Origin: Clostridiales bacterium
Lineage (GTDB): Bacteria; Bacillota; Clostridia; Oscillospirales; CAG-272
Direction: 5' to 3'
Assembly (NCBI GenBank): GCA_918290775.1
Contig: CAKJZF010000068.1
Span: forward strand, 1-40,760
DNA length: 40,760 nucleotides
Shown here: piece by piece, positions 17,914 through 26,178 of the stretch
Numbering within the stretch: the first letter of the stretch is position 1
Layout: the number at the start of each line of letters is the position of its first letter
The notes under the pieces: model-generated
What the model saw: only the letters and a program-made list of their open reading frames with translations
Told to the model about the DNA's origin: nothing
Databases searched by the model: none
Position numbers and translations under genes: made by a program

Positions 17914-19533
17914 TTATACTGATGTTATTTCATCAAAATTTGCCGCCTCGATGATCTCATCGAGCGCATTGGTTTCTTTCATTTCGCCGGTCTCAGCTTT
18001 CAGATCTTCCGCGGAAACATCCCGCTTCAGAATGGTTGACAATGCGCCAAGCAGATCCTCCTGCCCATGGTCGCGCATCGCCATATTTTTGGCGAAATCG
18101 TTTCCGAACCGCAGAATGATCTCGCCGCTTTCTGCTGTGAATGCCTGCGTATTTTTCAGGAATGCCGCTGCCATCGGATTTTTGACCGTGACCCGCTCAA
18201 CGACCTCCATCCATTGCCGCATGGGGCGAAGTACGCGCTTCCCCGTTCCGGGTTCGATCGGCTTCTGCGGTTCCTTTGTCGATTCGGATTCTGGCTTTGC
18301 CGGCATTGGAGTCTCAGGATCCTTTTCGACCTTTTGCTTCGATAAAGTCTGCGGCTGCGATCTTGCGACATTCGGAACCGCGCCTCCCATCGCCACGCGA
18401 TCTTCCAGCTTCGCAACGCGGGAAAGCAACGCTTCGTTGGAAGAATCAAGTGTTTCATCGCACATCCGCACCAGCGAAAGCTCTGCGACGATCCGTTTGA
18501 CGGCGTTTGCCTTTTGCATGGAAAAAAGCGCTTCTTCCAACAGCTTGCAATGATAAAGCAGCGTTTCCTTGCGGAATCGCGCCGCCGCCTCGGTGATCTG
18601 CCGCGTTTCATGATCGGTCAGATCCAAATAATTCACCGCTCCCGCCGTTGTCTTGACAACGAGCATATCCCGGTATACCGAAATCAGATCCTGCCAAAAA
18701 ACGGCAATGTCCTTTGAGGACTTCACAATCTCGTCAATCTGCGCAAACAACGCGTCATAATCGGCGTCGGCAATCGCCTTCACCGTTTGCAGCATGGAGT
18801 CCCGCCCGGTGACGCCGACCGATTCATTGACCACTTCGGGCGTGATTTCCCGGTTGCTTCCGGCGCAAAGCTCCAGCAGGGAGATCGCGTCTCTCATGCC
18901 GCCCTGCGCGAGTTTAGCAAGCATTCTTGCCGCTTCGGGATCCAGCTTGAGTCCTTCCTCTTTGGCAATGTATGTCAGACGTTTCATGAGATTTTCGGTG
19001 GAAATTCGCCGAAAATCGAAGCGCTGGCATCGGGAAATGATGGTTGCCGGGAGCTTTTGCAGTTCGGTTGTCGCAAGAATGAACACAACGTGCTCCGGGG
19101 GCTCCTCCAGCGTTTTCAGAAGCGCGTTGAACGCGCTTGCCGAGAGCATATGAACCTCGTCGATGATGTAGACGCGATACTTGAGCGCGGACGGCGCATA
19201 GGCGACCTCGTCCCGGATGTCGCGGATGTTTTCCACCCCGTTGTTAGACGCGGCGTCCATTTCCAGAATGTCGGTTGCCGCTCCGCTTTCAATCAGACGG
19301 CAGGACTCGCACTCGCCGCAGGGGTTCCCGCCACGCGGATGCTCGCAGTTGACAACCTTTGCGAGGATCTTTGCGCAGGTTGTTTTTCCCGTTCCGCGCG
19401 AACCGCAGAACAGATAGGCATGGCTGAAAGCTCCGTGCTCCGCCTCATAGCGCAGAACGGACGTGATATGCTCCTGACCGTAAACATCGTCAAAAATCTG
19501 CGGTCTCCATTTGCGGTAAAACGCCTGATGCAT
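17914..19533 (-). CDS. dnaX: DNA polymerase III subunit gamma/tau
   Basis: YRKWRPQ.F..V.GQEH, Walker A GSRGTGKTT and a zinc module CGECESC. The start at 19533 lies 8 nt after GGAGGG. The 71 codons upstream in the ORF track overlap the SRP RNA. Confidence 0.93.
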   Translation of the reverse strand: MHQAFYRKWRPQIFDDVYGQEHITSVLRYEAEHGAFSHAYLFCGSRGTGKTTCAKILAKVVNCEHPRGGNPCGECESCRLIESGAATDILEMDAASNNGVENIRDIRDEVAYAPSALKYRVYIIDEVHMLSASAFNALLKTLEEPPEHVVFILATTELQKLPATIISRCQRFDFRRISTENLMKRLTYIAKEEGLKLDPEAARMLAKLAQGGMRDAISLLELCAGSNREITPEVVNESVGVTGRDSMLQTVKAIADADYDALFAQIDEIVKSSKDIAVFWQDLISVYRDMLVVKTTAGAVNYLDLTDHETRQITEAAARFRKETLLYHCKLLEEALFSMQKANAVKRIVAELSLVRMCDETLDSSNEALLSRVAKLEDRVAMGGAVPNVARSQPQTLSKQKVEKDPETPMPAKPESESTKEPQKPIEPGTGKRVLRPMRQWMEVVERVTVKNPMAAAFLKNTQAFTAESGEIILRFGNDFAKNMAMRDHGQEDLLGALSTILKRDVSAEDLKAETGEMKETNALDEIIEAANFDEITSV

Positions 19534-19555
19534 TTGCTTGTCCCTCCGATCTGCC

Positions 19556-19596
19556 TGAATAAAAATCCAACGATCCCGCAAGGGCAACCGTTGGAT
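19556..19596 (-). terminator. terminator of the SRP RNA gene
   Basis: Stem atccaacg (19565-19572) / cgttggat (19589-19596) with an inner ccc-gcaa-ggg, followed by TTTTTATT on the minus strand. Confidence 0.75.
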
Positions 19597-19619
19597 GTCG
19601 GCGGCAGCGCCGGACTGCA

Positions 19620-19900
19620 AAACAAGACCATACACCCCAAGATCGAAATTCGCCTCCGCGCGATCTTCAATTTTCCTGCTCAAAACAGGTTTCCTCGCGG
19701 CACATTCGGTTGACCGCTTAATGCTGCTTGGTTCCCCACCTGACATGGTTCACGGTTCCGAATTGCGCAAGACCCATCTCTCAACACAGAGAAAATGACT
19801 CATTCGAAGAGGTTCGTTCCTCAAAAGGGGGATCCACCCCTGCTGCAGCGGTTTTCAGGTTCAGGGCTCCGCTAATTCCCCGGCTGGTATGGCCTCGTTT
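19620..19900 (-). ncRNA. ffs: signal recognition particle RNA (long Bacillus/Clostridium type with Alu domain)
   Basis: Minus strand carries the domain IV signature GTCAGGTGG-GGAA-CCAAGCAGC and the Alu-domain-like GCGGAGCCCTGAACCTGAAAACCGCTGCAGCAGGGGTGGATCCCCC. The 5' ACGAGGCCATACC pairs with the 3' GGTGTATGGTCTTGT. The gene lies directly upstream of dnaX as in other Firmicutes. Ends are uncertain by about 15 nt. Confidence 0.88.
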
Positions 19901-19924
19901 TACAGTCTGACACTGTACGGCTTT

Positions 19925-19953
19925 ATTATAACAGGTTTTCGCCCTTTTTGCAA
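19925..19953 (-). promoter_or_regulatory. SRP RNA promoter
   Basis: Minus strand TTGCAA (19953-19948), 17 bp, TATAAT (19930-19925). Confidence 0.7.
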
Positions 19954-19984
19954 GTCCTTTTTTGATTTTTCCGAAAAAACTTAC

Positions 19985-20013
19985 TTGACAATCTTCCTCA
20001 TCGGCGATATAAT
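19985..20013 (+). promoter_or_regulatory. promoter of the hypothetical gene at 20044
   Basis: Perfect consensus TTGACA (19985-19990), 17 bp, TATAAT (20008-20013). Confidence 0.75.
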
Positions 20014-20043
20014 GATGAAAACAAGTCACAAAGGAGCGCAAGA

Positions 20044-20526
20044 ATGCCTGTTTACCATGAAATTCCATCCGGCTGTAAACGAACGTCCTGGGGCGGTTTT
20101 TATGTGAATCGAGGCGATCGCACGATCGAATACAGTCGCTGGAGCGACTATCACGGGAATTCAGCCCCGTTTTTCGAGTCGGACGCGGAATTGATCCATG
20201 TCAACTCTGATTTGCAGTCCGGATACAGTCTGCTTTCGGACAAGATCCCCCTGCCGCCGGAGCTATCCGAGGTTCTCTTTCGGATCCGCGATCTGCTGGA
20301 GGATCGTCTCCGATTCTATCAGTTTGACTATCCCGCGCGAGGAACGCACATTGATTTTCTTTACGGTGAAGAGGTCTACCACCTGACGCCCCATTCCTTC
20401 GGGCTTTACGATCGTTTGCGCGAGAATTGCGAGGAATTTTTTGAGAAACATCAGCGCGAAATCCGCAACCTGCTTGAAGAACGTCTCGGTGTGCAATACA
20501 GCCGCTACAACGGCTTTTTGGACTGA
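20044..20526 (+). CDS. hypothetical cytoplasmic protein, 160 aa, no family recognised
   Basis: RBS AAAGGAG lies 7 nt before the ATG. The gene has its own consensus promoter and terminator. It has no TM segment or signal peptide, and the C-terminal half is charged and helical. Confidence 0.75.
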   Translation: MPVYHEIPSGCKRTSWGGFYVNRGDRTIEYSRWSDYHGNSAPFFESDAELIHVNSDLQSGYSLLSDKIPLPPELSEVLFRIRDLLEDRLRFYQFDYPARGTHIDFLYGEEVYHLTPHSFGLYDRLRENCEEFFEKHQREIRNLLEERLGVQYSRYNGFLD

Positions 20527-20559
20527 TCTCCGGTTTTCTTCTTCCTTAAAACATCATGA

Positions 20560-20588
20560 AAAAATCCCCGCCGAAGCGGGGATTTTTT
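20560..20588. terminator. bidirectional intrinsic terminator (hypothetical gene / rpsI)
   Basis: Stem aatccccgc (20563-20571) / gcggggatt (20576-20584) with loop cgaa. An A-run precedes it and a T-run follows it. Confidence 0.88.
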
Positions 20589-20593
20589 GAAGA

Positions 20594-20995
20594 TCATCTC
20601 TTCGAGAACTGCGGTGCGCGACGCGCAGCCTTGAGTCCGTATTTCTTTCTCTCCTTCATACGAGGGTCGCGAGTCAGGAAGCCTGCCGCTTTGAGCGCGG
20701 GCTTATTCTCGGGATCCGCCGCAAGAAGCGCACGGGCAAGACCATGGCGAACAGCGCCTGCCTGACCCGAAATTCCGCCGCCCTTAACGGTGGCGATAAT
20801 GTCAAACTTGCCTTCTGTGCCGGTGACGCCGAAGGGCTGATTGACGATCAGCTTCAGCGTTTCCAAGCCGAAATAATCATCAATGTCTCTGCCGTTGATG
20901 GTGATCGCTCCCGTGCCGGGGACGATGCGGACGCGGGCAATGGATTTCTTTCTTCTGCCGGTGCCGTAGAAATAGGGTTTTGCACTTGTATACAT
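20594..20995 (-). CDS. rpsI: 30S ribosomal protein S9
   Basis: YYGTGRRK..., GGG.SGQAGA.RHG.ARAL and the C-terminal [17 protein letters not shown]. The start at 20995 lies 9 nt after GGAAGG; the ATG at 21004 abuts the SD. Confidence 0.95.
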   Translation of the reverse strand: MYTSAKPYFYGTGRRKKSIARVRIVPGTGAITINGRDIDDYFGLETLKLIVNQPFGVTGTEGKFDIIATVKGGGISGQAGAVRHGLARALLAADPENKPALKAAGFLTRDPRMKERKKYGLKAARRAPQFSKR

Positions 20996-21020
20996 CAGGT
21001 TCATCCTTCCTTTCTCTCAA

Positions 21021-21449
21021 TTAAAACTCGTAAGCTTCGGGCTTCTGCGCCTCGTGCTTATGAGCTTCCCCGGCATAGACCTTCAAACGGGTGAATGCCT
21101 GCGCGCCAAGGCTGTTTTTGGGGAGCATCCCCTTCACTGCCTGCTCAACCGCGAGCGCGGGGTTTTCCTGCATCAAGGTCTTATACTGAACCTTCTTGAG
21201 CCCGCCGATATAACCCGAATGGTGAATCAGGTACTTCTGCTCCGGCTTTTTGCCTGTGAGAACAGCCTTCTCGGCGTTGACGATGATCACGAAGTTTCCG
21301 CAGTCAACATGCGGAGTGTATTCCGGCGCGTTCTTTCCGCGCAGAAGATCTGCGGCGGCAACGGCGGTCTTGCCGAGAGGCTTTCCCGCTGCGTCCAGAA
21401 TGTACCACTTGCGAACCACAGATTCTTTTTTCTGCATAAACGTGGACAT
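21021..21449 (-). CDS. rplM: 50S ribosomal protein L13
   Basis: RKWYILDA.GK.LG..A...A..LRGK and HSGY.GG motifs. The start at 21449 lies 8 nt after GGAGG. Confidence 0.95.
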   Translation of the reverse strand: MSTFMQKKESVVRKWYILDAAGKPLGKTAVAAADLLRGKNAPEYTPHVDCGNFVIIVNAEKAVLTGKKPEQKYLIHHSGYIGGLKKVQYKTLMQENPALAVEQAVKGMLPKNSLGAQAFTRLKVYAGEAHKHEAQKPEAYEF

Positions 21450-21493
21450 TTGAAATTCCTCCAAAATTTAGTGATGACTTTTCATGCTTGCCC

Positions 21494-21522
21494 ATTATAG
21501 CATATCTCCCCGCCCTTGTCAA
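21494..21522 (-). promoter_or_regulatory. rplM-rpsI promoter
   Basis: Perfect consensus on the minus strand: TTGACA (21522-21517), 17 bp, TATAAT (21499-21494). A T/A-rich UP-like tract lies upstream (21523-21560). Confidence 0.8.
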
Positions 21523-21677
21523 GAGATTTTTTAAATTTTTTTTCGTTATTTTGATTTAGCACCCCCTTTCCTTTCATTTTCTCGCGTTTTTAATTTGTTT
21601 TGTCCCGTTTTTCAGTTGTTCGGGTGCGTTTTTTGAAGATCTTATTTCTTTCGGTCAGCTTGATACATTTTTTCTAA

Positions 21678-21718
21678 TTCATGGGATCTTTTATCCTTTT
21701 CATGGGATCTTTTATCCT
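21678..21718 (+). repeat. perfect 20-nt tandem direct repeat (2 copies, 21-nt period)
   Basis: ttcatgggatcttttatcct occurs at 21678-21697 and again at 21699-21718, separated by one t. Each unit contains GGAT-N5-ATCC. The repeat ends 16 nt before the -35 of the glycoside hydrolase promoter. Confidence 0.9.
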
Positions 21719-21734
21719 GTTTCATCCACAATCC

Positions 21735-21763
21735 TTGACAATTTTATAGTTCCATGATAGAAT
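21735..21763 (+). promoter_or_regulatory. glycoside hydrolase promoter
   Basis: TTGACA (21735-21740), 17 bp, TGATAGAAT (-10 at 21758-21763). Confidence 0.7.
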
Positions 21764-21801
21764 ACGGTTGTAAAAATATGTTTCCTGCGAGGAGAATCAC
21801 C

Positions 21802-24800
21802 ATGCTCTATCATCCCGAAAAAAGTTTCACAAAAACCGAATTTCAGAATCCGCCGAAGGAATATCGCGGAGCTCCGTTTTGGGCCTGGAACTGTGAATTG
21901 CACCGCGAGGAGCTTCTCCGCCAAATCGACGAGCTTCACGAAATGGGCTTCGGCGGTTTTCATATGCACGCACGCGCCGGACTTGGAACCGAATATCTCG
22001 GTCAGGAATTTTTAGATCTTGTTGCCGCTTGCGCCGAGAAGGCGGAGCAGACCGGTATGCTTGCTTATCTTTACGATGAAGATCGCTGGCCATCGGGTTT
22101 TGCGGGAGGCTATGTGACAGCAGATCACCCCGAATATCGCCGTCGCTGGGTGCTATTTGCGCCGGATCACTCGGAAAAAGCCGTTGAAAGGATCGGACGC
22201 TATGACATTGAACTGAACGCCGACGGCACGCTCAAAGCCTACCGACTGCTCTCCGACGGAGAACCCGCCGCGCACGACGAATGGTTTGCCGAAATGCTTG
22301 TGGAAGAGCCGAAAGGACGCTTTAACGGCGCAACCTATCTTGATATTCTCAACCCAAAAGCGGTTCAAGCATTTCTGCAAGTCACCCATGAAGTGTATAA
22401 GGCACGCGTGGGTCAATATTTCGGAAAAACCATTCCCGCAATTTTCACAGACGAACCGCAGTTTTCCATAAAAGAAACACTGCCCTTCTCATTCTCCCGG
22501 CGGGCGGTGAAGCTGACATGGACGGACGACCTGCCGAAGACCTATGCCGAGGCTTTTGGCGGCGAGGATCTCGTTGCCCATCTGCCGGAGCTGATTTGGA
22601 ATCTGCCGGGAGATCAGCCGTCAAAAGTTCGCTGGCATTATCACGATCATGTTGCTGAACGGTTTGCTTCGGCTTTTGCTGATCCGTACGGAGCATGGTG
22701 CGAGCAGAACGGCATCCTGCTGACGGGTCACGCCATGATGGAAGATTCGCTGGATTCGCAGACGCGGGCTGTCGGAGAGGCAATGCGCCTTTATCGCGGC
22801 ATGACGCTTCCCGGCATTGATATGCTCTGCGGAAATCATTACTACGAAACCGCCAAACAATGCCAATCCACCGTTCATCAATACGGGCGCGAGGGTATGA
22901 TGAGCGAGCTTTACGGCGTTCTCGGTTGGGATCTTGATTTTCGTGGTCACAAACATCACGGTGACTGGCAGGCGGCGCTCGGTGTGACGCTTCGTGTCCC
23001 CCATCTCTCCCATGTCTCCATGGCAGGCGAGGCAAAGCGGGATTACCCCCAGACCATTCACTATCAGTCGCCGTGGTACCGCAAATATCCGCTGGTGGAA
23101 AACCATTTTGCGCGTGTAAACACCGCCATGACGCGTGGGAAAGCCGTGGTACGCGTTGCCGTTCTTCATCCTTTGGAAAGCTATTGGCTTTATTTCGGCG
23201 CAAACGATCGGAACAAACTTTCCGGTGAGCAGATTCAGAGCAACTTCAACAATGTTTCCGAATGGCTTCTGTTCGGCGGAATTGATTTCGATTACATCAG
23301 CGAATCGCTCTTCCCCTCCCTGACCGAAAACGGAGGAAACCCGCTTCGCGTCGGCGCAGCATCCTATGATGCCGTGGTCATTCCCGCCTGCCAAACGGTC
23401 CGATCGACAACGCTGGATCGTTTGGAAGCCTTTCGCCATGCGGGCGGCAAACTGATCTTTCTCGGAGATGCGCCCGCGTATGTGGATGCTGAAGAAAGCG
23501 ATCGCGCCGCAAAACTCTGCGCTGAATCGGATCAGATCTCCTTCTCCCGCGCCGCGCTTCTGAACGCCCTTGAACCTCACCGCGATGTGGAATTTCGTCA
23601 AAACGGAAACAGAACAGCCGGATTGCTGACCAAAAATCTGATTTATCAACTCCGTGAAGAACCGGGCGCAAAATGGCTATTCATTGCGCATGGAACATTG
23701 ACCAAAAAGCCCTATCTTCCAACATCGGAACCTGTAATGATCCGTTTGCGCGGATCCTATTGCGTGGATCTTTGCGACACGGTCACCGGTGAAATCAAAC
23801 CGATGAAAACCGAGATCCGAAACGGCTGGACAGAGCTTTCAACGGTCCTTTGGGAACATGACAGCCTGTTGCTTCGCATGACCCCCTCCGGCGAATCGTA
23901 CAATCGCTCCGACGAATCGAATCAAAAGCAGCAGATCAAGCTCCGGATTCCTGCACTGGTTCCCTATCGTCTCTCGGAACCAAACGTTCTGATGCTCGAC
24001 ATGGCTGAATATCGGCTTGACGATGGTGAATGGAACCAAAAGGAAGAAATTCTCCGTCTCGATGAGCGATGCAGAGAAAAAATCGGTTATCCACCCAAGG
24101 GCGGCGAAGCCATGATGCAGCCTTGGTGTATCCCGGACGACCCGCCAACGCATCGCCTGTCCCTGCGCTTCACCATTCACAGCGAAATCGAAGCGAAACA
24201 TCTGCTTCTGGCGGTTGAACGTCCGCAAACGGTCACAATCCGATGGAACGGCAAGCCGATTTCCAACAAGCCGGTTGGATATTTTGTTGACAGAGACATC
24301 AAAACTGTCGAAATCCCCGAAATTCGGGTCGGCGATAACCTTTTGGAACTGGAATTGCCGTTTGAAAAACGACGCCAGCCTGAATGGTGTTACCTGATCG
24401 GTGATTTCGGCGTTCGCGTGACAGGATCTGTCGCAACCGTTGTGCCGCGTGAGGAAACGCTTGCGTTCGGCAACATCGTTGGTCAAGGGCTTCCCTTTTG
24501 GAGCGGTGCGCTGACCTATGAGATTCCGCTTGATGTACCGCAGAACGGCGAATTGAATGTACACGTTCCGCAGTATAACGCCGCAGTACTTGAAGCGTCC
24601 GTCGATGAAGGCGATCAGCATCTGCTTGCTTTCTCGCCTTACACCGTCTCTCTCGGTAAGGTTTCCGCAGGGAAACACACGCTTCACCTGACAGCATATA
24701 TCAACCGCTCCAATACCTTCGGCGCCTTACATAATACGGATCCGCAGGAATACTACGGTCCGCTGATTTGGAGAACACAGGGTGACCGCTGGTCGTATGA

Positions 24801-24858
24801 ATACAATTTCTTTCCCGAAGGAATTTTCACTTCGCCGACGGTTACATTGGATTTTTAA
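21802..24858 (+). CDS. large cytoplasmic glycoside hydrolase-like protein (family not assignable by eye)
   Basis: About 1018 aa. The start at 21802 lies 5 nt after GAGGAGAA. The N-terminal region YRGAPFWAWN...GFGGFHMHAR.GL...YLYDEDRWPSGFAGG resembles TIM-barrel glycosidases that are often annotated only as glycosyl hydrolase. There is no signal peptide. Confidence 0.7.
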   Translation: MLYHPEKSFTKTEFQNPPKEYRGAPFWAWNCELHREELLRQIDELHEMGFGGFHMHARAGLGTEYLGQEFLDLVAACAEKAEQTGMLAYLYDEDRWPSGFAGGYVTADHPEYRRRWVLFAPDHSEKAVERIGRYDIELNADGTLKAYRLLSDGEPAAHDEWFAEMLVEEPKGRFNGATYLDILNPKAVQAFLQVTHEVYKARVGQYFGKTIPAIFTDEPQFSIKETLPFSFSRRAVKLTWTDDLPKTYAEAFGGEDLVAHLPELIWNLPGDQPSKVRWHYHDHVAERFASAFADPYGAWCEQNGILLTGHAMMEDSLDSQTRAVGEAMRLYRGMTLPGIDMLCGNHYYETAKQCQSTVHQYGREGMMSELYGVLGWDLDFRGHKHHGDWQAALGVTLRVPHLSHVSMAGEAKRDYPQTIHYQSPWYRKYPLVENHFARVNTAMTRGKAVVRVAVLHPLESYWLYFGANDRNKLSGEQIQSNFNNVSEWLLFGGIDFDYISESLFPSLTENGGNPLRVGAASYDAVVIPACQTVRSTTLDRLEAFRHAGGKLIFLGDAPAYVDAEESDRAAKLCAESDQISFSRAALLNALEPHRDVEFRQNGNRTAGLLTKNLIYQLREEPGAKWLFIAHGTLTKKPYLPTSEPVMIRLRGSYCVDLCDTVTGEIKPMKTEIRNGWTELSTVLWEHDSLLLRMTPSGESYNRSDESNQKQQIKLRIPALVPYRLSEPNVLMLDMAEYRLDDGEWNQKEEILRLDERCREKIGYPPKGGEAMMQPWCIPDDPPTHRLSLRFTIHSEIEAKHLLLAVERPQTVTIRWNGKPISNKPVGYFVDRDIKTVEIPEIRVGDNLLELELPFEKRRQPEWCYLIGDFGVRVTGSVATVVPREETLAFGNIVGQGLPFWSGALTYEIPLDVPQNGELNVHVPQYNAAVLEASVDEGDQHLLAFSPYTVSLGKVSAGKHTLHLTAYINRSNTFGALHNTDPQEYYGPLIWRTQGDRWSYEYNFFPEGIFTSPTVTLDF

Positions 24859-24860
24859 AA

Positions 24861-24905
24861 AAAGAGAGTGCTTCAAAAGTCTTCGACTTTTGAAGCACTC
24901 TCTTT
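24861..24905. terminator. bidirectional intrinsic terminator
   Basis: 21-bp perfect stem aaagagagtgcttcaaaagtc / gacttttgaagcactctcttt with loop ttc, flanked by A- and T-runs. Confidence 0.9.
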
Positions 24906-25541
24906 TTATCCGATAAACATCTGCGTCCAGTAGTTGCCGTCGGAATAGTAACCGACGCCGATCTGCTTGAAGGATGCGTTGAGAATGTTGGCACGGTGCC
25001 CTTCCGAATTCATCCAACCGTTCACAACCTCTTGCGGCGTCCGATACCCCTTTGCGATATTTTCGCCGGCGGTTCGATAGGAGATGCCGAAGCTCTTCAT
25101 CATATCAAAGGGAGAACCGTAGGTTGGGCTGGTGTGAGAGAAATAGTTCTTGTCGTGCATATCCTTGGATTTATAGCGTGCAACGCGGGAAAGCTCCCAG
25201 TTTTCGGTTAGTTGCGACAACCCGTTTTTCACGCGGATCTCATTGACAAGCCGGACGACCTCGCTCTCATAGTTGGTCACATCCGAATCGGTCAACGGGA
25301 TATAGAGTGTGTCACCCGGGTAGATCCAATGCGGATCTTTGATTTGCGGGTTTGCGGCAATGATTTCGGACAATCCAACATGATAGCGAACCGCCATCTT
25401 CCACATCGTGTCTCCCGATACAACGGTGTGTGTAACGGTTGTCACTGCCGTCGGAATCGCGGCGTCTGCAGACGCGCCGACGGATCCGAACCCGCAGACC
25501 AGAACCAGCGCGGTCAGGCAGATGGTTAAAAAACGTTTCAT
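24906..25541 (-). CDS. secreted LysM plus CAP/SCP (YkwD-like) domain protein
   Basis: Signal peptide MKRFLTICLTALVLVCGFGSVGASA. LysM segment HTVVSGDTMWKMAVRYHVGLSEIIAANPQI...GDTLYIP. CAP motifs W..S.GHRANIL. Confidence 0.88.
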   Translation of the reverse strand: MKRFLTICLTALVLVCGFGSVGASADAAIPTAVTTVTHTVVSGDTMWKMAVRYHVGLSEIIAANPQIKDPHWIYPGDTLYIPLTDSDVTNYESEVVRLVNEIRVKNGLSQLTENWELSRVARYKSKDMHDKNYFSHTSPTYGSPFDMMKSFGISYRTAGENIAKGYRTPQEVVNGWMNSEGHRANILNASFKQIGVGYYSDGNYWTQMFIG

Positions 25542-25800
25542 AGAAAATCCCTCCTGTTTAATTTTGTTCGGGCATTTTCTATTTTATCCGCGATTCGATT
25601 TCGTAAGCGCGACAGTTTTTGGCGCGGCATTTTCCCCATCTTTTACCAGTTATAAAGAAACGGACGCGGCGAACAATAGTAACAGAGCGCGGACAAAACC
25701 GTTGCTCAATGATATAGATAGTCGAATGGCTGTCGGGTTGTGTTCCGTTCCTCGAACGGTTCGCGGCAAGGCGGACCGTTCGGAAAAGGAGAAAAACACA

Positions 25801-25989
25801 ATGGCAAGCAACAAGTCCAACGCCAAAGAGGCTCTCGAGAGATTCAAGATGGAAGCCGCTAATGAAGTCGGCGTGAACCTCAAGCAGGGCTACAACGGTG
25901 ACATCACCGCGAAGGAAGCCGGTTCCGTTGGTGGACAGATGGTCAAGAAGATGATCGAGTCCTACGAGAACAACAACCTTTCGAAATAA
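25801..25989 (+). CDS. small acid-soluble spore protein, alpha/beta type
   Basis: 62 aa with ALERFKMEAANEVGV and KEAGSVGGQMVKKMIE signatures. RBS AAAGGAG lies 9 nt before the ATG at 25801. The upstream part of track ORF 25408-25989 is antisense to the LysM gene and is not coding. Confidence 0.92.
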   Translation: MASNKSNAKEALERFKMEAANEVGVNLKQGYNGDITAKEAGSVGGQMVKKMIESYENNNLSK

Positions 25990-26049
25990 GGTTTTCCTTC
26001 ACTCGTTGCCCGGCTTTTGAATGTTGATTTCCGAATGTCAGGCAAAAAA

Positions 26050-26097
26050 CCGTCCCATCGGTGTTTGCTCGGGATACCGGCACACATGATGGGACGG
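26050..26097 (-). terminator. intrinsic terminator of the second CPBP gene
   Basis: Stem ccgtcccatc (26050-26059) / gatgggacgg (26088-26097), followed on the minus strand by TTTTTTGCC. Confidence 0.7.
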
Positions 26098-26100
26098 GGT

Positions 26101-26136
26101 GTCCCGCCCCTTTTGGGGCGGGACATTTCTTTTTTG
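26101..26136 (+). terminator. intrinsic terminator of the SASP gene
   Basis: Stem gtcccgcccc (26101-26110) / gggcgggac (26116-26124), followed by ATTTCTTTTTT. Confidence 0.85.
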
Positions 26137-26178
26137 CTGACGGAATCTTTTTTCCAAAGTCACTCCATGTTCTTTTTG

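Noticed and set aside
17914-19533. Programmed -1 frameshift site in dnaX (A AAA AAG type)
   Set aside because: I found no A-rich slippery heptamer on the coding strand.
19534-19746. Upstream extension of dnaX (first 71 codons of the track ORF), and similar N-terminal over-extensions at 10998-11147, 13166-13195, 15261-15308, 27193-27264, 29309-29467, 40623-40742 and 21754-21801
   Set aside because: The extensions overlap the SRP RNA, promoters or terminators and lack an RBS. Internal starts with good SD spacing match the conserved protein N-termini.
21450-21493. Structured L13 leader upstream of rplM
   Set aside because: The predicted 5' UTR is only about 38 nt between the -10 box and the ATG, with no room for a regulatory fold.
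21678-21718. CRISPR array or minisatellite
   Set aside because: There are only two repeat units with a 1-nt spacer and no cas genes. No CRISPR-like repeat-spacer structure occurs anywhere in the window.
25408-25800. N-terminal 131 codons of track ORF 25408-25989
   Set aside because: This part overlaps the LysM/CAP gene in antisense and has no RBS. Only the last 62 codons, starting at 25801 after AAAGGAG, form the SASP gene.
25620-25800. Sigma-G-type forespore promoter for the SASP gene
   Set aside because: I could not find a clean GHATR, 17-18 bp, CATxxTA arrangement. The nearest candidates (GTTATA...CAATAGTA around 25650-25678) have the wrong spacing or poor matches, so no promoter is annotated.
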